A DNA stretch of 63,962 nucleotides, the filler included, from Chiloscyllium plagiosum (Eukaryota), in NCBI RefSeq assembly GCF_004010195.1. It is 6 parts of one record of this genome, joined end to end, with 100 filler letters (N's around TTAATTAATTAA, not from the genome) between each part and the next. Parts side by side here need not be neighbours in the genome. Positions count along the whole stretch, not along the records: positions 1 to 13,266 come from NC_057716.1; positions 13,367 to 37,301 come from NC_057716.1; 4 more parts are not named here. One strand, 5' to 3'. The stretch's first letter is position 1. Each line of letters begins with the position of its first letter. The notes beneath the pieces are model-generated. The model saw only the letters and a program-made list of their open reading frames with translations. It made no database searches and was not told where the DNA came from. Shown here piece after piece: positions 12,610 to 24,056 of the stretch. The translations under genes were made by a program, and so were the position numbers.

Positions 12610-12975
12610 GTAGCAGTGGTGTGCAGCACCTTCAAGATGCAATGCAACAAATCACTAAGGGTCCTTATACAGCGCCTCCCCAACCCTTACACTCTGTCAT
12701 CTAGAAGGATAAGGGCAGCACATACATTAGGACACCACCACCTGAAGGCTCCCCTCCAAGCCACTCACCATCCTGACCTGGAAATATATTGCTGTTCCTT
12801 CACTGTCACTGGGTGAAAATCCTGGAATTCCCTCCCTAAGAACATTGTGGGGTCAATCTATTTCAGACCGACTACAGCAGTGCAAGAAGATAGCTCACCA
12901 CCACCTGCTGAAGGGCAACTGGGAAATGCTGAATACATCCTGGCCCAGTCAGCAATGCCCATACCCGAGGAGAGA
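12610..12975 (+). mobile_element. Old LINE 3' end (L2/CR1 group) sharing its tail with the Deu-domain SINEs
   Basis: CTCACCACCACCTGCTGAAGGGCAACTGGG tail resembles the 3' ends of the SINEs at 23485 and 31985. Confidence 0.55.
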
Positions 12976-13112
12976 TTTTTTTTTAAATGACCTAACACCA
13001 TCAAGAAGAAACATCGGTAGAAGACCAGTTATATCAGGACGTAAACATACTGTTGGTATGGACCTCCAAATTGAAGTTTGTAAGATGAGTTGGACTAATA
13101 ATATGACAGCTC

Positions 13113-13436
13113 GGTAAAAACAATGACTGCAGATGCTGGAAACCAGAGTCGAGATTAGAGTGGTGCTGCAAAAGCACAGCAGGTCAGGCAGCATCCGAGG
13201 AGCAGGAAAATCAACGTTTCGGGCAAAAGCCCTTCGTCAGGAATAAAGGCAGAGAGCCTGAAGGGTNNNNNNNNNNNNNNNNNNNNNNNNNNNNNNNNNN
13301 NNNNNNNNNNTTAATTAATTAANNNNNNNNNNNNNNNNNNNNNNNNNNNNNNNNNNNNNNNNNNNNCGTCGATTTTCCTGCTCCTCGGATGCTGCCTGAC
13401 CTGCTGTGCTTTTCCAGCCCCACTCTAATCTAGACC
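13113..13436. mobile_element. PLE insertion with inverted pLTRs spanning an assembly gap; hammerhead motif at 13208-13244 (-)
   Basis: Minus strand CUGACGA-A-GGGC-UUUU-GCCC-GAAACGUU; CTAATAATATG present on both flanks (13095-13105, 13437-13447). Confidence 0.8.
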
Positions 13437-13849
13437 CTAATAATATGTCAGTCACCAGTTTTACTGGTTCATCTTTGTGGGCAGACCCCTCTAGTTCTGG
13501 ACTTTACTCCAACATTCCACCCCTACACACTGTCCAGACATATTGTGATTTTGAACGTTCATATTAAATTTTCTCTCCTTCTTCCATTCTGTAAGGAGAA
13601 CAGCCCCAATTTATCTATGTAACTAATGTCCCACAACCTTGGAAATATTCTCATGAATCTTTTCTGCATGAATCTAATGCCTTCACATCCTTTCTAAACC
13701 ATTTGCCCAGAAATTGACTCAGTGCTCCAGCCGATATCTTACGAAAGCCCATAGCTTTAATGCTTTTGTATTCTCTGCCTCTCTTTATAAAATTCAGTAT
13801 CTCATATACTCTTTCAGTCAATTTGTCTACTTACCCTGTAACCTTCATG

Positions 13850-15130
13850 GATCTTGATGAAGGACATGGTCTATATGGACTTCAGTCAGGCGTTTGACAA
13901 GGTGCTGCATGATTAACAAGGTTAGATCTCACGGAATACAGGGAAAACTAGCCATTTAGATACGAAATTGGCTTGAAGGTAGGAAACAGAGGGTGGTGGT
14001 GGAGGGTTGTTTTTCAGACTGGAGGCCTGTGACCAGTGGAGTGCCACAAGGATCGGTCCTGGTCCACTGCTTTTCGTCATTTACATAAATGATTTGGACG
14101 TGACCATAAGAGGTATAGTTAGTAAATTTGCAGCTGACACCAAAATTGGAGATGCACTGGACAGCGAAAAGGATTACCTCAGATTACAACGAGACCTTAA
14201 TCAGCTGGACAGAGAGGCTGAGGAGTGGCAGATGGCGTTTAATTTAAATAAATATGAGGTGGTGCATTTTGCTCGGGAAATCAGGGCAGGACTTAAAGGT
14301 CCTGGGGTGTATTGTCAAACCAAGAGACCTTGGAGTGCAGGTTCATCATTCCTTGAAAATGGAGTCGCAGGTAGACAGGGTAGTGAAGGAGATGGTTTGT
14401 ATGCTTGCCTTTGTAAGTCAGTGCACTGAGTATAGGAGCTGAGAGCTGAAAATGTGTTGCTGGAACAGCGCAGCAGGTCAGGCAGCATCCAGGGAACAGG
14501 AGAATCGACGTTTCAGCATCTGCAGACCTCACTTTCTCCTATAGGAGCTGAGAGGTCATGTTGAGGCTGTACAGGACATTGGTTCGGCTATGTTTGGAGT
14601 ACTTGTTCAATTCTGGCCTCCCTGCTGTCGGAAAGATGTCATGAAATGTGAAAGGGTTCAGAAAAGATTCACAAGGATGTTGCCAGAGTTGGAGGATTTG
14701 AGCTACAGGGAGAGGCTGAACAGGCTGGGGCTGTTTTCCCTGGAGGCTGAGGGGTGACCTTATAGAGGTTTTTAAAATCATGAGGGGCATGGATAGGATA
14801 AATAGGCAAGGTCTTTTCCCTGGGGTGGTGGAGTCCAGAACTAGAGGGCATCGGTTTAGGGTCAGAGAGAAAAGGTATAAAAGAGACCTAAGGGGCAACT
14901 TTTTCACGCACGGGGTGGTGCATGTATGGAATAAACTCCTAGGCAAAGTGATGGAGGCTGATACAATTACAACATTTCAAAGGCATCAGGATGGGTACAT
15001 GAATAGGAAGGGTTCAGAGGGATATGGGCCAAGTGCTGGAAAATGGGACTAGATTAATTTAGGATATCTGGTCAGCATGGATGAGTTGGACCGAAAGGTT
15101 TGTTTCCACGCTGTACATCTCTATGATTCT
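13850..15130 (+). mobile_element. CR1 LINE RT/3' fragment interrupted by a PLE mini-insertion
   Basis: [13 protein letters not shown]...KFAADTK; TRGHRFRVREKRYKRDLRGNFF. Confidence 0.93.
14446..14539. mobile_element. 94-bp PLE terminal insertion with internal inversion and 15-bp TSD
   Basis: TATAGGAGCTGAGAG at 14431-14445 and 14540-14554. Confidence 0.88.
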
Positions 15131-15274
15131 ATGGTCTGTGCACAAATTCAGTGAGGGTGGCAGTGGGTGGTTGAAGGGTCTATTTGATCTGAATGCTTGC
15201 CCTCCCCCTGTGGCTACATCACATCTGGATGCCCCTGGAGTGGGAGAATGTGATATCATTCAGAACGTTTCAGG

Positions 15275-15995
15275 TCATAGTCATAGAGATGTACAGCATG
15301 GAAACAGACCCTTCGGTCCAACCCATCCAAACCCTTCCTATTCATATACCCATCCAAATGCCTCTTAAATGTTGCAATTGTACCAGCCTCCACCACATCC
15401 TCTGGCAGTTCATTCCATACACGTACCACCCTCTGCATAAAAAAGCTGCCCCTTGGGTCTCTTTTATATCTTTCCCCTCTCACCCTAAACCTATATCATC
15501 TCATTTGGACTCCCCACTCCAGGGAAAAGACCTTGTCTATTTATCCTATCCATGCCCCTCATGATTTTATAAACCTCTATAAGGTCAGCCCTCAGCCTCT
15601 GACACTCCAGGGAAAACATTCTCAGCTCCAGCCTCTTCAGCCTCTCCCTATAGCTCAAATCCTCCAACCCTGACAATATCCTTGTAAATCTTTTCTGAAC
15701 CCTTTTGAGGTTCACAACATCCTTCCGATAGGAAGGAGACCAGAATTGAATGCAATATTCCAACAGTGGCTTAACCAATGTCCTGTACAGCCACAACATG
15801 ACCTCCCAACTCCTGTACTCAATACTCTGACCAATAAAGGAAAGCATACCAAACACCTTCTTCACTATCCTATCTACCTGCGACTCCACTTTCAAGGAGC
15901 TATGAACCTGCACTCCAAGATCTCTTTGCTCAACAACACTCCCTAGGACCTTACCAGTCAGTGTGTAAGTCCTGCCTTAGTTTGCCTTTTCTTAT
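15275..15995 (-). mobile_element. CR1 LINE 3' fragment
   Basis: ORFs 15491-15913 and 15256-15483. Confidence 0.93.
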
Positions 15996-16536
15996 GGGAG
16001 ATAGAGGGGTTTGTGTGCATTGTCCCACCAAAGTGACATGATGTGAGTTTAACTTGAACATTTGACAATACTGTTGTATCCCCTGTTGCAGCACATTCTT
16101 CAAAATTAAACACCTTGTTTTACTTTTGCTGTTCTTCATTCTTCGTTAAAATATATACCATGTTACAACTCCCTACATTAAATTTCATTGGCATTGTCAC
16201 ATACTGCCTGGTAATTGCTCCTAGGAAAAGAGGAGGTTTTGTGCGTGAAAGGCACTATATAAATAAAATATATTACTCAGAGGTGACATCAAAGTGAGGC
16301 AGAGTTGCTCTCTCAGGTCAATGTGAAAGGTCGCTGGTACCCTGGGCTAATATCTATCCCTCCATCAAACTCACTAAAAGTAAATGACTTGGGCATTAGC
16401 ACATTAGGAGCTTGCTATGCATAAATTTGCTGCAGCATTTCCAACATCACAGAGAAAACAAACACTTGAGACAGCATAAAGGGCAAAGCAGTGCGACTCT
16501 TCTTTTTTAAAAACAATTGACTCCCAAACGCCCGTG

Positions 16537-16850
16537 GGGTGGCATGGTGGCTCAGTGGTTGGCACTGCTGCCTCATAGCACCAGGGACCTGGGATAGATT
16601 CCAGCCTCGTGGAGTTTGCACATTCTCCCCGTGTCTGCGTGGGTTTCCTCCAGGTGCTCTGGTTTCCTCCCACAGTCCAAAGATGTGCAGATCAGGTGAA
16701 TTGGCCATACTAAATTGCTCATTGTGTTAGGTGCATTAGTCAGGGATAAATATAGGATAGGGGAATGGGTCTGGGTGGGTTACTCTTCGAAGGGTTGGTG
16801 TGGACTTGTTGGGCCGAAGGGCCTGTTTCCATACTGTAGGGAATCTAATC
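16537..16850 (+). mobile_element. HE1-type V-SINE
   Basis: tRNA-like head, V-domain and GGGCCGAAGGGCCTGTTTCC tail. Confidence 0.88.
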
Positions 16851-16864
16851 AAACAGCCAAGTGA

Positions 16865-17368
16865 TAAAGTGAGGGTATTATTAAACTGAAAAAAATTTCA
16901 GAAAAGATTTACCAGGGTGTTGCCAGGAATGGAGGGTTTGAGTTATAAGGACAATCTGGATAGAGTAGGATTTTTTTCACTGGAGTGTCGGAGGTTGAGA
17001 GGTGACCTTATAGAGGTTCATACATTCATGAGGTGTATAGATAAAGTGAATGGCAGGTGTCTTTTCCCTCGGGTAGGAATTTCAAGACTAGAGGGCATAT
17101 TTTTAAGGTGAGTGGAGAAAGGTTTAAAAAGGCTATGAGGGGCAACTTTATTTTACACAGAGAGTCGTTCATGTGTGGAATGAACTGCCAGAGAAAGTGG
17201 TGGATGCAAGTACACTTACAATGTTTAAAAGACATTTGGATAAGTACATGAATAAGAAAGGTTTAGTGGGATACCAGCCAAACACAGGCAGGTGGGACCA
17301 GTTTGGTTTGGCATTATGGTCAACGTGGACTGGTTGGACCGAAGGGTCTGTTTCTGTGCTGGATGACT
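16865..17368 (+). mobile_element. CR1 LINE 3' fragment
   Basis: LECRRLRGDLIEV; WNELPEKVV...FKRHLDKYM. Confidence 0.9.
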
Positions 17369-18269
17369 ATTATAAGTAATGAGCCATAATCCATAGAGCA
17401 TTGCTGGTTATTACAGAGAGATAGGGAGCACGAGGGTGAGACACATAATGCTTGAGGGACACCACTCCATAAGAGTGGGGATGCAGGGCTCCATAAGTGG
17501 ATTGAGAGCTCCCAACACATTACCATGTTACAACTCCCTACATTAAATTTCATTGGCATTGTCACATACTGCCTGGTAATTGCTCCTAGGAAAGAGGAGG
17601 TTTTGTGTGTGAAAGGCACTATATAAATAAAATATATTACTCAGAGGTGACATCAAAGTGAGGCAGAGTTGCTCTCTCAGGTCAATGTGAAAGGTACCCT
17701 GGGCTAATATCTATCCCTCCATCAGGGGACAGTGATCTATCTTTAGAAGGGTGTTTGTACCCATCATTTCGCACCATTAGAGGGAAATAATAAGGACAGC
17801 TTTTCAACAAATGTCTGGCAAAACAGTGAGGATAGCGTGCAGACAGCATGACTGCTGTTGTATATTTTGCACAGGTCTGAAGCAGTTCCGGTGATTCTAG
17901 GAAAATGCAAAGTGTACAGTGTAATGGCACTCAGACTGACAATTTGGATTCACTTTCTGATGGGAAGCTCCAGCTCCTCCTTTACAATTCTCAATTCTTC
18001 CTTTGTTTTCTCAGCAAAATAAACACTTCATATTTCTCCATAATGGAACTCCTTGCCACGGAGAGTTTGGGGTTGGGGGGTGGAGGGGCAGAGTCCTTGC
18101 GTATACTTATGACTGTGATGCAGTGCACAGATTCTTGACCAGTCAGGGAATCAAGGTTACAGAGAAAGACAGGAAAGTGGATGTGAGGAGTATCCGATCA
18201 GCCATGATCCTATTGAACGGTGGAGCAGGCTTGAGGGGCCAAATGGCTTAGTCCTGTTTTTTTTCATAA

Positions 18270-18868
18270 AGTCATAGAGTCATAGAGATGTACAGCATGC
18301 TTCGGTCCAACCCGTCCATGCCGACCTGATATCCCAACCCAATCTAGTCCCACCCGCCAGCACCTGGCCCATATCCCTCCAAACCCTTCCTATTCATATN
18401 NNNNNNNNNNNNNNNNNNNNNNNNNNNNNNNNNNNNNNNNNNNNNNNNNNNNNNNNNNNNNNNNNNNNNNNNNNNNNNNNNNNNNNNNNNNNNNNNNNNN
18501 NNNNNNNNNNNNNNNNNNNNNNNNNNNNNNNNNNNNNNNNNNNNNNNNNNNNNNNNNNNNNNNNNNNNNNNNNNNNNNNNNNNNNNNNNNNNNNNNNNNN
18601 NNNNNNNNNNNNNNNNNNNNNNNNNNNNNNNNNNNNNNNNNNNNNNNNNNNNNNNNNNNNNNNNNNNNNNNNNNNNNNNNNGGAGGTATGAACCTGCACT
18701 CCAAGGTCTCTTTGTTCAGCAACACTCTCTAGGACCTTACCATTAAGTGTATAAGTTCTGCTAAGATTTGCTTTCCCAAAATGCAGCACCTCGCATTTAT
18801 CTGAATTAAACTCCATCTGCCACCTCTCAGCCCATTGGCTCATCTGGTCCAGATCCTGTTGTAATCTA
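18270..18868 (-). mobile_element. CR1 LINE 3' fragment spanning N-gap 18400-18681
   Basis: WAERWQMEFNSDKCEVLHFG right of the gap and CR1 3' UTR/tail left of it, in the same orientation. Confidence 0.9.
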
Positions 18869-18987
18869 TCATTTATATGTCTTCACATCTTAACAACTAG
18901 ATGTGGGTCAAAAAGACTTACAGGATGCTTATTACAGCCACAGACAGTCCAGTGTCTGGGTTAATAATTAGCTACTTGGTTAGAGTG

Positions 18988-19298
18988 GATTAGATTACCT
19001 CCAGTATGGAAACAGGCCCTTCAGCCCAAGCTGACCCTCCAAAGAGTAGCCCACCCAGACCCATTTTCTTACACTTACTCCTGACTAATGCATCTAACAC
19101 TATGGACAATTTAGCATGGCCAATTCACCTGACTTGCTCATCTTTGGACTGTTGGAGGAAACTGGAGCACCCAGAGTAAACCCATGCAGACACAGGGAGA
19201 ATGTGCAAACTCCACACAGTCACCCGAGGCTGGAATCGAACACGGGTCCCTGGTGCTGTGAGGCAGCAGTTCTAACCACTGAGCCACCGTGCTGCCCC
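18988..19298 (-). mobile_element. HE1-type V-SINE
   Basis: Reverse complement GGGGCAGCACGGTGGCTCAGTGGTTAG...GTTCGATTCC plus V-domain. Confidence 0.88.
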
Positions 19299-19396
19299 AA
19301 AATGACAAGTTAAGCTGGTTAAGGCAAAGACGAAGACTTTGGTATCTTCAAGTCATATGGTATGATAACGGTGATTATACCATAAGTGTGTCTGTT

Positions 19397-19517
19397 AAGG
19401 GCTTTTGCCCGAAACGTCGATTTCGCTGCTCCTTGGATGCTGCCTGAACTGCTGTGCTCTTCCAGCACCACTAATCCAGAATCTGGTTTCCAGCATCTGC
19501 AGTCATTGTTTTTACCA
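19397..19517 (+). mobile_element. PLE terminal fragment truncated inside the hammerhead core
   Basis: AAGGGCTTTTGCCCGAAACGTCGATTT...CCAGCATCTGCAGTCATTGTTTTTACC. Confidence 0.8.
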
Positions 19518-20374
19518 AAGGGATGCAGCATACTAGCTATGAGACACAACAGCATTGAATTTCATCTGCTTCTTGTAAACCCATCCTGCTAACCTGTCCT
19601 TGTTAGTTTGAAGCTGCATCCTCTTCACAGTTCACATCCAAACCTTGTGCATTCTTAATATTCGAAAATGTGTTCTGTGAGAGCTGGGTGTATATCCCAT
19701 CATCCAACCCTGGGGAAATCTGTGATAAACCATCTTCCGGTCAAAAAAAAAACCAACCATTCACCCACCCCCTGCTTTGTTTCTGGATTCTGGTCGCCTA
19801 TCCTGACATCTCTTTATGTGATCTATTGATTTTGTTTGTGTTTTAACATCTTTGCCAAGCGGTTTGGAATTTATTTCCATTTCGGATCCTGCAAAGATAC
19901 TGTATTAGGATCTGGAATACACTGCCGGGTGGGGGCAGATAAATCTTGCAAAAGAGAGCTCGACTATTTTCTGGACCACCCAGAATCACAGGGCGACAGT
20001 TGAATTGTTCTTACAGACAGTCAGCATCGACTCGAGAGCCCGAATGGCCTCCTGCTGTGCTCCGATGAGGCTGCGACAAATTGTCATGTTGGCACGACCA
20101 CAATTTGGAATACCATTAGGCTTTATCCAAATGCAGTTTTCCCCCTTTCCCTAATTTTGTAATTGACTGCATTGGACGCTGTAACTTCAACTAAAATCTG
20201 CTTTAAAGCAGGGATTAACTCAGTTCCTTTTCAGGGATTACTGCCCCTATTTATAGACACTAATCTTTAGTTTCCTCTAACACCACTTAAATCGTTGCCA
20301 TTAATCGTTTCCCACTCCATGAGCAAACCCTCTTCCAAACCCCAACCTCCAATTGTTTAAACCATTACTGCCAT

Positions 20375-20760
20375 GACCCCGCCCTCACACACACACGTTC
20401 GGCCAATGACAAGCGGGATCTGGCAACATGCCCCGCCCATTCAACCAGCGTTGTCAGCATCAATTGGTTAGGGGTGCTGCCAACCATTCCTAGCCGTGTC
20501 CTCTATTGGCCAATGACGTGTCCCGCTCACAGCACTTATTCCCATTGGGTGTTATTGGGATTTGGGGCGGAGTTGACTTCCCTCACTTCCTGAGCGTTGA
20601 TTGGTTGGTCTCTCAGGACCCCCTGGATTCTAATGTCAATTGGCTTCTTGGGTGGTGCACATCATGAGATACTCCATTCTGATTGGTTGCTTTGGCTGCC
20701 CATTGAGGATGGCCCTCAGCTTGGAGGCTGCTTTAAGCGATTGGTTCTGGACTGTGCCCA
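20375..20760 (+). promoter_or_regulatory. Putative CDK5R2 promoter: about 10 CCAAT/ATTGG boxes, GC boxes, CRE-like TGACGT
   Basis: CCAAT/ATTGG near 20403, 20463, 20505, 20510, 20544, 20554, 20600, 20639, 20682, 20740; CCCCGCCC at about 20377 and 20431; GGGGCGGAG at about 20564; TGACGTG at 20514; lies just upstream of the CDS. Confidence 0.7.
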
Positions 20761-20984
20761 TCATTTTGGAGTTGGGAAGGCGGCTGGGCTAGCCAGGGTC
20801 TGCTCAGTCCTCCATCAGCGAGTATCCGGCAGAGGCTCCATTTCCACCCCCTTCCCACCACCTCCAAATGCAGTAAGACTTGTTGTTGTTGATTTCCTCT
20901 CGCCTGGCGCCTGCTCTCTCTCTCTCTCTCTCTTTCTGTCTTCCCCTTCCACCAACCCCCTTGTCCATTACCGCCAGCCAGACG

Positions 20985-21920
20985 ATGGGCACGGTCCTGT
21001 CTTTGTCCCCCGAGCCCAAGGGCAAAGGTGGCACGGTGGAAGACGGCGCGGGCAAGAGCGCCAAGGAGAAGGGGCTGAAGAAGCACTCGGTCCTCATCTC
21101 CGCCCTGACCTGGAAGCGCCTGGTGGCCGCCTCGGCCAAGAAGAAGAAAGCCAAGAAGGTGAACCCGGGCCAGCCGCCCCATGCCAACGAGCATGCCAGC
21201 GGCGCCATCAGCAGCAGCAGCAGCAGCAACAACAACAACCCGGTCAAGCAGCTCAACGAGGAGAACCTGAAGAAGTCCTGCCCTCCTGCCGGTGCTCCGC
21301 TGCAGCCCGCTGGCCAGCACAGGGCCATCCCGGTACCCCTGCCGGTGGTCCCCCCCAGGCAGCTGGGCTCGGTGCAGAAGCAAGCCAGCGGCCGCGCCCT
21401 GGCCTCTCCCCGCCGGGTGGTGGTACAGGCGTCCACCGGGGAGCTGCTGCGGTGCCTGGGCGAGTTCCTGTGCCGCCGCTGCTACCGCCTGAAGCAGCTG
21501 AGCTCCGGCGAGGCGGTGCTCTGGTTCCGGGAGGTGGACCGAGCTCTGCTGCTCCAGGGTTGGCAAGATCAAGGCTTCATCAGCCCGGCGAACGTGGTCT
21601 TCGTCTACCTGCTGTGCCGGGAGGTGGTCAGCGAAGACATCGCCAGTGACTTCGAACTGCAAGCCACCTTCCTCACCTGCCTGTACCTCGCCTACTCTTA
21701 CATGGGCAATGAGATTTCCTACCCCCTCAAGCCGTTCCTGGTAGAAGCCAACAAAGAGGTCTTCTGGGACAGATGCCTCTCCATTATCGGCGAGATGAGT
21801 GCCAAGATGCTTCAGATTAATTCAGACCCGCATTACTTCACTGAGGTCTTTCAAGACCTGAAGAATGAGGCCAGCAGCAGAGACTATAATGGACAATACA
21901 TTATCAATCTGGACCGTTAG
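20985..21920 (+). CDS. CDK5R2: Cyclin-dependent kinase 5 activator 2 (p39), intronless, 311 aa
   Basis: MGTVLSLSP start (Gly2 myristoylation); [21 protein letters not shown] is the p39-type rather than p35-type motif; activator domain [22 protein letters not shown]...[25 protein letters not shown]...[22 protein letters not shown] and C-terminal NLDR as in p39; CpG-rich. Confidence 0.95.
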   Translation: MGTVLSLSPEPKGKGGTVEDGAGKSAKEKGLKKHSVLISALTWKRLVAASAKKKKAKKVNPGQPPHANEHASGAISSSSSSNNNNPVKQLNEENLKKSCPPAGAPLQPAGQHRAIPVPLPVVPPRQLGSVQKQASGRALASPRRVVVQASTGELLRCLGEFLCRRCYRLKQLSSGEAVLWFREVDRALLLQGWQDQGFISPANVVFVYLLCREVVSEDIASDFELQATFLTCLYLAYSYMGNEISYPLKPFLVEANKEVFWDRCLSIIGEMSAKMLQINSDPHYFTEVFQDLKNEASSRDYNGQYIINLDR

Positions 21921-22411
21921 AGACGCCCTGTCTATTCTGTGTCTCTTAGCGAGAAATCTATTGTATGTGTGTAGAGACAGACTGGGTGATCAGGTCTATT
22001 AGCAGGGGCTGCAGTCCCCACGTAAAGGAGACTGGGTTCTGGGAACAGATTGAGTGGGAATAAAATACAATTTGTCCCGGAAGTCAAAATCGAGCGAAAG
22101 ATTGGCACGGATTTTACTCTCAATCAAAATGGGAGCCTAAAATGTTCACTTCACGGTGTTCCTTTCATTTTTTTTTTATTAAAAAAAATGTGGTTTATTT
22201 TCCAATTGTGCTGTAAATCACGGTATCAAAGGTGATCATTGTTTTAAGGTCATTTTGCGGAGGGGGGAGGGGGTCGATCAGAATTAAACAGGATGCGTAT
22301 GCCAAAAAAAAACAAGATAAACTTGTCCCCGTTTAAATTCCAGTGTGGCTGTAGATGGTGACGGAGCTTCAGTCAAAGTCTGTCGGACAAGTGTTGTAGA
22401 TAAGAGTGTGG

Positions 22412-22442
22412 ATATATATATATATATATGTATGTATATATA
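22412..22442. repeat. (TA)n microsatellite in the presumed CDK5R2 3' UTR
   Basis: Directly visible. Confidence 0.9.
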
Positions 22443-22558
22443 AATTTATTTATTTTCCAATTTTTAGGAAGGATAATCACAGCAGTATTTCTGAGCGCCT
22501 TGACTGTGAGTGTGGGTGGGGTGTCTCTGAGACAGACTAGGAGATGACGAGAGCAGTT

Positions 22559-22579
22559 GCTGCTCTCCATGGTGCTGAT
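22559..22579 (-). promoter_or_regulatory. RE1/NRSE (REST-binding) motif
   Basis: Reverse complement ATCAGCACCATGGAGAGCAGC vs consensus TTCAGCACCACGGACAGCGCC; both half-sites present with the canonical 2-bp spacer. Confidence 0.75.
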
Positions 22580-23484
22580 GCGTTCAAACCTCCTGTGTTC
22601 CATTTTGCACATTTTCATCAGCAGCAGAGTCTCATTTCTGTCATTATCTGAATGTACATTTTTATTTTGTTTCCTCTCGGCAAAGAACAAAAATAAAAAC
22701 GGCAAAGAGGCGGGGTTAGTTGTCAAAAAAAAACGTGCCAATTGTTGGGATATGATAAATAATGTTGCGTTTTGTATTGTATTCTAAATATGCTGGAGCA
22801 TCAACAAATATATTGCAAAATATGATCCGATTTTGTGCTGATTGTTCTCGGTTATTTCAAAAGCCTCAAGACAAAAGCTGACTTTTAGGTGCTGGTATGC
22901 TACTGTTTTGTGGTCTGGGACTGTCGAACTGCTGTCTTTGTAAGTCTGTATGAGATTACATGTGAAGATGTGGATGAATGGTTGCTTGTGTTTATTGTAA
23001 ATACAAGCTTGCGGGTGTAGCTCTGTGCGATTGATGTGTGTGTGTGTGGGCTTGTGTGAAGGAAACTGTGTTCCATTACCAGGAGATTGTGTTGCCATAG
23101 TGGTGGGAGCTGTCTGCTGGAAGGGAATCTATTGCTGTCTTAGCTTCCCACTCTCATTTACCTTGCATGTCCTTGTATGCTGATTACTGAGAGATGACTT
23201 AGCAGTAATCCCAGATCTGTATCCGGGAATGAGCTGGAAGCTGCATGCTGTGTACTGCATTTGGAATGATGCCTGTATTCCTGCACAATCCTGCTTTTTG
23301 GGAAAGGACACAGTACTCACGGGCAGTTTTAGCTTCACGGTCAATTTGCTAAACAGTGTTACATTGCAATCTAAGTGGCTGTGGGATGTAAAAATCATAC
23401 AAATTAAACTGAATATTTGTAATTCTCCTGAATAAACCTGGAGAATGGTCCGACAGGACCAGCAGCTCAAAATGCACATATGCT

Positions 23485-23790
23485 ATTACTGGAGAGGCAG
23501 TAGTGGTAATGTCACTGGACTGGTAATTGACATTGCCAGTGTACATCGATTTGAATCCCACTATAACTAATGTAAAATTTGAAATCCGTAAACTCTGGAA
23601 TAAACAGCTGGTCCAATAAGTGTCAACTATCATTAAAAACAGTTCTCATTAATGCACTTTAGGAAAGGTCTGGACTACATGTGACTCCAGCTACACTGTA
23701 ATGGATCCACAGTAATAATCCACAGACTGCGGGGTGGGCAATAAATGCAGGCCTTGCCAGTGGCACCTACATCCCACGAATGAATAGAAA
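23485..23790 (+). mobile_element. Deu-domain SINE (SacSINE1-like)
   Basis: tRNA-like head plus GGTCTGGACTACATGTGACTCCAG core. Related copies at about 24990-25342(-), 31985-32310(+), 32505-32790(-), 36460-36760(-), 41015-41480(-), 63850-63962(+). Confidence 0.7.
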
Positions 23791-24056
23791 AAAAATCTTG
23801 TATGTTGCATATTTTTTCATGCAGCACATAGAAAACAAGTCTGAGGCAGTTCTGAAGAAGAGTGATATGAGATTCAAAACATTAATTGTTTCTCTCTTCA
23901 CAGATGCTGCCAGACCTGCTGAGTCTTTCCAGCATTCTCTGTATTTGTTTCAGATTTCCAGCCTCCACACTTATTTGGCTCTTATTATGAAACAAAATAC
24001 CATCCATGACACCCACATACATTGACTGGGAGGGCTGTGAGAGGAGTAGAGGGATT

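Larger units (their letters stand above)
16156..17724 (+). repeat. Local direct duplication of about 205-210 bp (16156-16367 and 17521-17724)
   Basis: TACCATGTTACAACTCCC...CTATCCCTCCATCA occurs twice, differing by small indels and a few substitutions. Confidence 0.92.

Noticed and set aside
20880..20984. 35-aa N-terminal extension of CDK5R2 in the ORF track
   Set aside because: Starts at TTG, runs through a (CT)n repeat and would displace the Met-Gly myristoylation start.
20597..21662. Long overlapping ORFs of 350, 309 and 210 aa over CDK5R2, including a polyQ reading
   Set aside because: Shadow frames of a GC-rich CDS with no recognisable domains; the polyQ is the AGC/AAC run read out of frame.
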